This document shows, in pieces, positions 8,141 through 14,566 of a DNA stretch of 14,566 nt. Numbering within the stretch: position 1 is the first letter of the stretch; each line of letters begins with the position of its first letter. This DNA comes from Gemmatimonadales bacterium (GTDB taxonomy: Bacteria; Gemmatimonadota; Gemmatimonadetes; Gemmatimonadales; GWC2-71-9), in the NCBI GenBank assembly GCA_041615815.1, contig JBFJCP010000053.1, positions 1 through 14,566 on the forward strand. Direction: 5' to 3'. The notes beneath the pieces are model-generated. The model was not told the origin of the DNA, searched no databases, and was given only the letters and a program-made list of their open reading frames with translations. The translations under genes were made by a program, and so were the position numbers.

Positions 8141-8341
8141 CTACGATCTGGACCTCACGTATGGGATCCGTTGCTTCTTGCGCCGCGCGGCGGCGTGCTT
8201 GCGTTTGCGACGCTCGCTCGGCTTCTCGTAATGGCGGTGCTTGCGTAGATCCGAAAGGATACCGGCTTTCTCACACTTCTTCTTGAAGCGCCTCAACGCG
8301 CGCTCGAAGCTCTCGTCCCCGTGGACGACGACCTCTGGCAT
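8141..8341 (-). CDS. rpsU: 30S ribosomal protein bS21
   Basis: 66 aa, basic; [39 protein letters not shown] is the bS21 signature. Confidence 0.97.
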   Translation of the reverse strand: MPEVVVHGDESFERALRRFKKKCEKAGILSDLRKHRHYEKPSERRKRKHAAARRKKQRIPYVRSRS

Positions 8342-8385
8342 GCCCGTGTGCAGTCTTGATCAAGCGTGTTTGAATCAGATGTGAA

Positions 8386-8414
8386 ACAATACCAAGGGCC
8401 TGCGATCCCAGCAA
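8386..8414 (-). promoter_or_regulatory. Probable sigma70-type promoter for rpsU and downstream genes
   Basis: Minus strand TTGCTG (8414-8409), 17-bp spacer, TATTGT (8391-8386) with an extended -10 (TGgTATTGT), in a locally AT-rich gap between the HIT gene and rpsU. Confidence 0.65.
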
Positions 8415-8425
8415 CCCCGGCTCGG

Positions 8426-8764
8426 CTACCCCGGCGGCCACCCGAGCCCCCGTCCACCCAGCACGTGCGCGTGGAGATGGAACACCGTCTGACCCCCATC
8501 CGCGTTGGTGTTCAGCACCACCCGGTATCCGGACTCCGCGAGTCCTTCGTCACCCGCCACGTCGCGCGCGAAGAGGAGCAGTTGGCCGAGCTCCTCTGCA
8601 TCGCGAACGTCGTTCAGTGATGCCACATGCCGCGACGGAATCACGAGGACGTGAATCGGGGCCTGTGGATTGATGTCCCGAAATGCGATGAACCGATCAG
8701 TCTTCTTGATCACATTCGCAGGGATGGACCCGCTAACGATCCGGCAAAACAGACAGTCGTCCAC
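8426..8764 (-). CDS. Histidine triad (HIT/HinT-like) nucleotide-binding protein
   Basis: 112 aa; DCLFCRI, AFRDINPQAPIHVLVIP, GGQTVFHLHAHVLGGR (HxHxH), terminal WPPG. Confidence 0.95.
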   Translation of the reverse strand: MDDCLFCRIVSGSIPANVIKKTDRFIAFRDINPQAPIHVLVIPSRHVASLNDVRDAEELGQLLLFARDVAGDEGLAESGYRVVLNTNADGGQTVFHLHAHVLGGRGLGWPPG

Positions 8765-8767
8765 GAC

Positions 8768-9907
8768 TCAGGCTCCGAACGCTTCTTTCATCTTGTTCCA
8801 AAACCGCCGTCCAAGACCCTCGTCCTGCGGGGGATCACCCTCGAGCTCCGCCAACTGCTCGAGCACCTCACGCAATTTGGGACTCACCTTGGACGGCGTC
8901 CACACGTGAATCCGTACGTGGAGGGTGCCGCGCCGTCCGTGGTCGAGATTCGGCAACCCTTTGTTCCGAAGGCCGAGGATGGTTCCGCTTTGCGTCCCCG
9001 CGGGCACCTCCACGCTTTCCGCTCCCCAAGGCGTTGGCACTTCGAAGGTGGAACCCAGCGCCGCTTGGCTGAATGAGACCGGGAGATCGTACACCAGATC
9101 GTCGCCGTGGCGTTCGAATCGGGGATCCTCCTCGATCTCGAGCTCCACGATGAGGTCTCCCGCTGGGCCGCCACGGGGACCCGCGGCACCTTTGCCGCGC
9201 AGCGTGAGATAGTGGGAGCCCGACACGCCAGCGGGGATCTCCACGTCCACCACGCGTTCGGCCCGAGTCCTCCCATCCCCACGACACTCCTCACACGGCT
9301 CGGTGATCGTGGTTCCCTCCCCCCGACACGCCGGACACGCCGAGACCGAGACGAACTGTCCGAACAGCGATTGCGCCGCGCGACGCACCTCGCCCGCCCC
9401 ACCACATGTTTGGCATGGTTGTGACCCAGTGCCGCCACGACCGTCGCATTGCTCGCAGCGTTCCAACGCCTTGAGCTTGACCTTTCGCGCGGTGCCGTGC
9501 GCAACGTCTTCCAGTGTGAGCCGAAGACGGATCTGGATATCCTGTCCGCGCCGCCGTGCCCGCCGTCGATCCCCACCGAAGATGGCGTCGAAACCACCGA
9601 GCCCGCCGAAGTCCCGCATGAAAATGTTGAGGGCTTCGCTGAGATCGAAATGCGAGAAGCCAAACCCGGCCCCGCCCCCACTCCCGCGCACCCCGGCCAT
9701 CCCGAAGCGATCGTAGCGCTGGCGTTTCTCGGGATCGCGGAGGATCTCGTACGCTTCCGCCGCCTCCTTGAATTTTTCCTCGGCCTGCGGATCACCGTTG
9801 TTGCGGTCCGGATGGTACTCCATCGCCAACCGCCGATAGGCCTTCTTGATGTCCGCCTCGGAGGCCTCGCGGGACACGCCCAGCACGTCGTAGAAGTCTC
9901 TTGCCAT
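8768..9907 (-). CDS. dnaJ: Molecular chaperone DnaJ (class A)
   Basis: 379 aa; J domain with HPD, G/F-rich linker, four CxxCxGxG repeats (CEQCDGRG, CQTCGGAG, CPACRGEG, CEECRGDG), C-terminal domain. Confidence 0.97.
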   Translation of the reverse strand: MARDFYDVLGVSREASEADIKKAYRRLAMEYHPDRNNGDPQAEEKFKEAAEAYEILRDPEKRQRYDRFGMAGVRGSGGGAGFGFSHFDLSEALNIFMRDFGGLGGFDAIFGGDRRRARRRGQDIQIRLRLTLEDVAHGTARKVKLKALERCEQCDGRGGTGSQPCQTCGGAGEVRRAAQSLFGQFVSVSACPACRGEGTTITEPCEECRGDGRTRAERVVDVEIPAGVSGSHYLTLRGKGAAGPRGGPAGDLIVELEIEEDPRFERHGDDLVYDLPVSFSQAALGSTFEVPTPWGAESVEVPAGTQSGTILGLRNKGLPNLDHGRRGTLHVRIHVWTPSKVSPKLREVLEQLAELEGDPPQDEGLGRRFWNKMKEAFGA

Positions 9908-9933
9908 AGGAAATCAGTGCCCCGGGCCGCCGG

Positions 9934-10968
9934 CTATGGGAGCAAATCTCCCATGAGTCGACTCGTGTGCTCGACGAGCGACACGACCTTTTGATAGGGC
10001 ATGCGTGTGGGGCCCATGACGCCAATGACACCCGACAGGGATCCACATTGGTAGGTGGAGGACACAAGAGTGAATGAACTCAATTTTGGATCGACGTTCT
10101 CGGCACCAATCGTGACCGTAATGCCCGGCTCTCGCCGCGCCTTGAGCGACTCCCGCAGCAGATCGCGACGCTCGGTGAGATCCAAGAGCGCACGCATCTG
10201 CTCGTTGGAATGGAACTCGGGTTGCTCCGCCAAGAGCTGGGCACTGCCCAGGACCACGTCGTGGCCCTCGGTCGCCGGAACGTCAAAGAGATGATCCGCT
10301 TCCTCGATGAAAATATTGAGCAGCTCCCGGTCCTGGCCCAGCCCAGCATCGCGCAACCGCTCCCGCAGACTGCCTCGAATCTCACGGAGCGACACCCCAC
10401 TGAGGCGTTCATTCAGCACCAGGGCCACACTCGCCACGGCCTCCGCCGGCAGCCTCGCGGCCGTCTCGACAAAAATCGTCCGCGCGGCGCCACCGCCCAG
10501 CACCAGCACCATGAGGAGTCGCCCCTCTCCCACTTCCATCAGTTCGAGCCGCTCGAGGATGGCATTGTCGAAGGAGGGCGCCACGGCCATCCCCAACTCC
10601 TGCGTGAGCACACCCAACATTTGGGCAGCCCGGAGCAACAATCGCTCGATGGCGGTGCGGTTGCCTCGCAGTTCGCGACGCAGGGCATCCTGCTCGGTCG
10701 GCGTCGGTGCGGTGGTCCCCATGAGCCGATCCACGTAGACGCGGTAGGCGAGATCCGTGGGGATACGCCCCGCCGACGCGTGGGGATGATAGAGATAGCC
10801 CCGCTCCTCCAGATCGCTCATCGTGTTGCGGATCGTCGCTGCTGACACGCCGAGATCGAATCGCTTGGCAATCGTACGGGAACCAGCCGGTTCGGCAGTC
10901 TCCACGAAACAATGGATCACCGCCTCCAGCACTTGGCGCTCGCGCTCAGACAGTCTGTCAGCCGTCAT
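9934..10968 (-). CDS. hrcA: Heat-inducible transcription repressor HrcA
   Basis: 344 aa; winged-helix VSAATIRNTMSDLEERGYLYHPHASAGRIPTD, QPEF, IGAEN, GVIGVMGPTRMPY; lies between hemW and dnaJ. Confidence 0.96.
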   Translation of the reverse strand: MTADRLSERERQVLEAVIHCFVETAEPAGSRTIAKRFDLGVSAATIRNTMSDLEERGYLYHPHASAGRIPTDLAYRVYVDRLMGTTAPTPTEQDALRRELRGNRTAIERLLLRAAQMLGVLTQELGMAVAPSFDNAILERLELMEVGEGRLLMVLVLGGGAARTIFVETAARLPAEAVASVALVLNERLSGVSLREIRGSLRERLRDAGLGQDRELLNIFIEEADHLFDVPATEGHDVVLGSAQLLAEQPEFHSNEQMRALLDLTERRDLLRESLKARREPGITVTIGAENVDPKLSSFTLVSSTYQCGSLSGVIGVMGPTRMPYQKVVSLVEHTSRLMGDLLP

Positions 10969-10991
10969 GCTTCAAGTCCCTCAGGGACAGG

Positions 10992-11021
10992 AATTTAGCC
11001 ACCTTCGGCCGAGGTGGTCAA
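10992..11021 (-). promoter_or_regulatory. Candidate hrcA promoter with overlapping CIRCE-shaped inverted repeat
   Basis: Minus strand TTGACC (11021-11016), 18-bp spacer, TAAATT (10997-10992). The same DNA reads TTAGCCACC-N9-GGTGGTCAA on the plus strand (10995-11021). Confidence 0.5.
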
Positions 11022-12125
11022 GACGGGCACCAATTCATCCAGTCTCAGCCACCCCCGGGGCGTGAGCCGCACTCGTTCGCCCCTCCGTTCCACCCAACCC
11101 TGCAATTCTCCGGCCTCGAGCAGCTGCGGGACACGATGCCCCGAGAGGTCGCGCTCCGGGAGCCCCTCGGTGGTGCGGAGCCCCAAGTACGCGCGCTCCA
11201 AGTCCCGCTGTTCTGCAGAGAGGTCCTCGGTCTCCTCCAGCGGATCTCGACCGCTTCGCACGGCATCCTCGTACGGTCGCCAGTCCCGAAGGTTCCAGCG
11301 GCGCCGACCCGCCCGGAAGGAGTGCGCGGAAGGCCCGAGCCCCACATAGGGCCGACCGCTCCAATATGCAGCGTTGTGGACCGAGCGATGCCCGGGGACC
11401 GCATAGTTCGACACCTCGTAATGCTCGTAGCCTGCTTGGGTGAGCCGCGCATGGGCTTCCAAGAACTCGGCCTCATAGACGGTCTCAGCGACCGGTTGGG
11501 CCGTTCCGCGACGCACCCAGCGCCAGAGCGGCGTCCCGGCCTCGACCGTCAAACCGTATACGGACAGATGGTCCGGCCGGAGATCGAGCACTCGCAGGAG
11601 GCTTTCCTCGAACACTCGGCCAAAGCGCCGCGGCAGGGCGAAGATCAGGTCCAGGGACAACGCGAGCGTGCCCGTGTCGCGAACGGCGAGGACCGCGCGC
11701 TCGATATCCGCCGTCGTGTGTGGTCGATGCATCCACGTCAGCACCTCGTCGTGAAACGCCTGTGCTCCCAACGACACGCGTGTGATGCCGGACCCCCTCC
11801 AGACCGCGACCGCGGCCGGACTCACATCGTCCGGATTCGCCTCGATGGTCACCTCTGCCCCTTTCTCGATGCCCACCGTCTCGCGGATACCGCGGAGCAG
11901 CCGACCGATGGCCGGCGGTGGTAGGACCGACGGCGTGCCTCCACCCAAATAGATGGTCCGGAACGGCTCGCCACCCGTAGACCATTCGTCGCACCGTATC
12001 TCCAGCTCCCGCAACACGGCGTCCACGAACTCCTCCGACGGGACGCGTCGTCGCACGGCAATCGCGAAATCGCAATACACGCACCGGCGCTTGCAGAAGG
12101 GAACGTGTACGTAGAGATGGACCAT
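10995..12125 (-). CDS. hemW: Radical SAM family heme chaperone HemW
   Basis: 376 aa; LYVHVPFCKRRCVYCDF (CxxxCxxC), IYLGGGTPS, TIEANP, HYEVSNY and the HNxxYW motif (HNAAYW) typical of HemW; lacks the HemN N-terminal extension; usual position upstream of hrcA. Confidence 0.9.
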   Translation of the reverse strand: MVHLYVHVPFCKRRCVYCDFAIAVRRRVPSEEFVDAVLRELEIRCDEWSTGGEPFRTIYLGGGTPSVLPPPAIGRLLRGIRETVGIEKGAEVTIEANPDDVSPAAVAVWRGSGITRVSLGAQAFHDEVLTWMHRPHTTADIERAVLAVRDTGTLALSLDLIFALPRRFGRVFEESLLRVLDLRPDHLSVYGLTVEAGTPLWRWVRRGTAQPVAETVYEAEFLEAHARLTQAGYEHYEVSNYAVPGHRSVHNAAYWSGRPYVGLGPSAHSFRAGRRRWNLRDWRPYEDAVRSGRDPLEETEDLSAEQRDLERAYLGLRTTEGLPERDLSGHRVPQLLEAGELQGWVERRGERVRLTPRGWLRLDELVPVLTTSAEGG

Positions 12126-12138
12126 GGGGACGGGACGG

Positions 12139-12166
12139 GTCAGAAATCAGATGGCAGAAAACAGAT
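12139..12166. repeat. Short degenerate heptamer tandem repeat (4 x NNCAGAW)
   Basis: Plus strand GTCAGAA ATCAGAT GGCAGAA AACAGAT, directly adjoining GGGAC GGGAC GGGTC (12127-12141). Confidence 0.55.
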
Positions 12167-12286
12167 CGCACCACTGGCTCCGTTTGCCGCGCGGCATCTG
12201 CAACGGCTGATCAAGGAGACGCTCGTGGGTCGACGCTTGCCTGTGCGCTGGTGCTCGTCTCTGCATGACATCTCACTCCTCGCTCT

Positions 12287-13507
12287 TCACTGCGTCTTCT
12301 CGACCACCGTTTCGGTGGCCGAGACGAGACGATACCGAATACCGCGCCACTCCAGCCGGGACGTGAACGCCGAGCGGATGAGACCCGTGAGTGTCACCAA
12401 CGAGGTGAGCGGTCCCAAGCATACATAGTACCATCGCCTTGTCGCGAGCGATTGGGTTTCCTCGGCAAACAACGCCCGCACGGCATCGAAGCGCATGCCG
12501 GCTTTCACACAACGGATGGCGTAGATACCGCCGAGCACGCCCGCGAGCATCCAGAGCGACACCGTCCAGGGGCCGATCGCGACGAGGGTCACGACGGTTG
12601 CCAGCCCACCCCAGAAGGCGACGTTGTTGAGGAGCTCGGACGCCAAACCGAGACGCCAGAGCCTGGGGTGGTACACGCGCGTAATCAGGAGCTGGCGGAA
12701 GCTCCACCGCCACAGATCCTGCCAGGAACAGTCCTCGTACGTGAAGCTGAGACATCGTGGCTCGAACCGGATGCGAAGCCCGCGCTCGCGGAGCGCGCGG
12801 CTGAGCGCGTAATCATCGCTCAGCGTTCCCTCCCAGACGCGGTTCACGTCGAGCTCGTCGAACGCGTTTCGTCTCAACGCCATCGCGCCGCCCCAGGCAA
12901 ACGGGGCTTCGTCTCCTCCCATCAGTCCCAAGATTCCCGCGTTCCATACCGAACGGAGAGCGGAGGCAAAGCGTCTCGAGGGCGGCACGTACCACCGAAA
13001 CCCCGTACTCGCCCCGACGGTCTGATCGCGTAGCGGGGCCACGAGGTCGCGGAGCCAAGCCGGGCCCGGCCGAATATCCGAATCGCCGAAGGCGAGGATT
13101 TCGGTGTTCGCGTCGAGCTGCGACACGGCGTGGAGCAGGTTATGGACCTTTTGGCCGCGCCCCTGAGCGTGACCCGCAAATAACACCTCGGCACGGGTGG
13201 CCGGGTGGGCGGTGACGACTTCCAGGATCGTGGCAACCGAAGGATCCCCTCGATCACTGGTCACGAAGGCGATCCGGAGCGCGGGATAGTCCAGCGCACA
13301 GAACGCCGCGAGGTTGCGAGCGAGCCCCGGATCCCGTCCGCGACAGGGAACGACCAGTGTGACCTCGGGGCTTGGGCCACCAGGACTGCTCCGCCGGGCC
13401 GAGCGAAAGCCGCGCACTAACTGGGCGCCCTGCGTGAGTGAGTGGAGGGCTTCGGCGAGCGACAGGACCGCCAGGACCAGCGCCGTCGCGACGACGATCC
13501 CTTCCAC
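12287..13507 (-). CDS. Membrane glycosyltransferase, GT2/GT21-like (ceramide glucosyltransferase / HpnI-like fold)
   Basis: 406 aa; N-terminal hydrophobic helix, LVVPCRG, QKVHNL, DxD (GDSD), WGGAMA, LSDD, WSFRQ at the position of the (Q/R)xxRW motif, C-terminal hydrophobic helices, terminal LEWRGIRY. Confidence 0.85.
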   Translation of the reverse strand: MEGIVVATALVLAVLSLAEALHSLTQGAQLVRGFRSARRSSPGGPSPEVTLVVPCRGRDPGLARNLAAFCALDYPALRIAFVTSDRGDPSVATILEVVTAHPATRAEVLFAGHAQGRGQKVHNLLHAVSQLDANTEILAFGDSDIRPGPAWLRDLVAPLRDQTVGASTGFRWYVPPSRRFASALRSVWNAGILGLMGGDEAPFAWGGAMALRRNAFDELDVNRVWEGTLSDDYALSRALRERGLRIRFEPRCLSFTYEDCSWQDLWRWSFRQLLITRVYHPRLWRLGLASELLNNVAFWGGLATVVTLVAIGPWTVSLWMLAGVLGGIYAIRCVKAGMRFDAVRALFAEETQSLATRRWYYVCLGPLTSLVTLTGLIRSAFTSRLEWRGIRYRLVSATETVVEKTQ

Positions 13508-13554
13508 GGGCTATCCGGTTGTGAACGCCGACTGTTGCAGGCGCAGATGCTTCG

Positions 13555-14566
13555 TCACACCGATGCCGGCGCGTGGTCCACGATTTTGGGGGCGAGCGGG
13601 ACGTCGAGCAGCTTCACCCGATGGCTCGATCGCGCGCTGTCGTGAATGAAGCAGATGTGGGTGCACCAGCATTGGTCTTCGACGATTTGCGCCGTCTCCC
13701 GCTGCATGGCCGGAGACGGATAGAGACGGCTGAAGTCGCAGCCCACATCGCGGAGGTTGCTCACTTTTCCGCGGAGCTCACACGCGCGCACTTCTCCATT
13801 GTAGTCGATGACGAGGATGGTCTGACCGGCACGACACGGCATGGGCCACCGCGTGGATCGTTCGTAGTTCTCTTCCTGCACGGTGTAGTAGAAATAGAGG
13901 GTCTGCGTGTAGAGGAACTCCTTGATCCGGCCCTTGAGCGCACCACCGTGGCGCTCCCCGAGCCGCCGGCCGTATCGTTCGTGAATCGGTTTGACCGCTC
14001 CGTAAAACGCGGCCAGTCGATCTCGTGAGACCCCCTGCAGCTCGGGCTCCTTTGGATCCCCGCGGATGATCTGGAAGTACTGCCCGTCGAGGTCGGCATG
14101 GTCCAACAGCCACCAGCCCAGAGCCTCCAGCTCCTCGATGTTGTGCGCCGTAATGACCGAGTTGACGTGTAATCGGACCCGGGGATTCCGATCGCGTAAC
14201 GGCGTGAGGGCCTCCAGCATCGCGATGGCCTTATCGAAGTTCCCTGGCACTCCGCGAATCCGGTCGTGGGTATCCCGAAACCCATCGAGCGCCACATTGA
14301 GGTTGACCGTCAACTCGGGCATCTCGTGCTCAATGACGTGCAACAACCGCATGACGCGTTTCTCGAAAAGACCGTTGGTGGGGAGATTGACGGTCCGGAC
14401 CCCATTGCGGTGATAGAACATCCCAATGATCTCGTCCAGCCGTTCCCGCATCATCGGCTCACCCCCCGAGAGCCAAAGCTCCTTGAACGGCGGCATGGTG
14501 GCGCTGAGCGTATCGATCTCCTCGAAGGTGAGGTCTCCACGCTGGTTCAGCTCCTGCCAATAGAAG
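13555..14566 (-). CDS. Radical SAM protein with SPASM/twitch-type C-terminal Cys cluster; 5' end outside the window
   Basis: Frame is open upstream of the track's ATG (FYWQELNQRGDLTFEEIDTLSATM...), so the gene starts beyond 14566. SGGEP, PTNG, VALDG...HDRIRGVPGNF; C-terminal Cx12Gx4C (CRAGQTILVIDYNGEVRAC) and CWCTHIC. The CxxxCxxC motif itself is not in the window. Confidence 0.87.
   Translation of the reverse strand, partial: FYWQELNQRGDLTFEEIDTLSATMPPFKELWLSGGEPMMRERLDEIIGMFYHRNGVRTVNLPTNGLFEKRVMRLLHVIEHEMPELTVNLNVALDGFRDTHDRIRGVPGNFDKAIAMLEALTPLRDRNPRVRLHVNSVITAHNIEELEALGWWLLDHADLDGQYFQIIRGDPKEPELQGVSRDRLAAFYGAVKPIHERYGRRLGERHGGALKGRIKEFLYTQTLYFYYTVQEENYERSTRWPMPCRAGQTILVIDYNGEVRACELRGKVSNLRDVGCDFSRLYPSPAMQRETAQIVEDQCWCTHICFIHDSARSSHRVKLLDVPLAPKIVDHAPASV

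Noticed and set aside
10995..12125. Annotation as coproporphyrinogen dehydrogenase HemN
   Set aside because: Short N-terminus, HxPFC and HNxxYW motifs, and position before hrcA fit HemW.
600..13000. Frequent CTCGAG palindromes (more than 20 seen by eye)
   Set aside because: Largely explained by preferred codon pairs such as CTC-GAG (Leu-Glu) in helical proteins; no regular spacing. A codon-preserving shuffle would be needed to claim real enrichment.
113..14413. Many long plus-strand and off-frame ORFs in the track (e.g. 1854-3125, 1237-2232, 4965-5837, 6605-7450, 11136-11924)
   Set aside because: They are antisense or alternate-frame shadows of recognisable minus-strand genes; long stop-free frames are expected at this GC content and none shows a family motif.
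1..14566. Mobile elements, CRISPR array, frameshifted pseudogenes or recoded stops in the main genes
   Set aside because: No transposase, integrase or repeat-spacer structure was seen, and all recognised genes read as continuous frames of near-typical length.

Overview
GC-rich bacterial chromosomal segment with 14 protein-coding genes, all on the minus strand. In transcription order: radical SAM/SPASM-twitch enzyme (5' end outside the window), membrane GT2/GT21-like glycosyltransferase, hemW, hrcA, dnaJ, HIT-family hydrolase, rpsU, mutS2, dnaG, C4 zinc-ribbon coiled-coil protein, recJ, rsmD, coaD and pta (3' end outside the window, absent from the ORF track). Protein style and gene order suggest Gemmatimonadota (inference, not verified). 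Most of the window is housekeeping; no mobile element, tRNA, rRNA or CRISPR array was seen. The best leads for undescribed biology are: (i) a structured rpsU-mutS2 spacer carrying a strong-SD 16-aa uORF in frame with mutS2, upstream of a MutS2 that appears to lack its KOW domain; (ii) a non-canonical CIRCE-shaped operator overlapping a promoter inside the end of hemW, followed by an SD-masking hairpin before hrcA; (iii) an uncharacterised radical SAM + glycosyltransferase pair followed by an SD-led small ORF and a heptamer repeat. All are hypotheses from manual reading.
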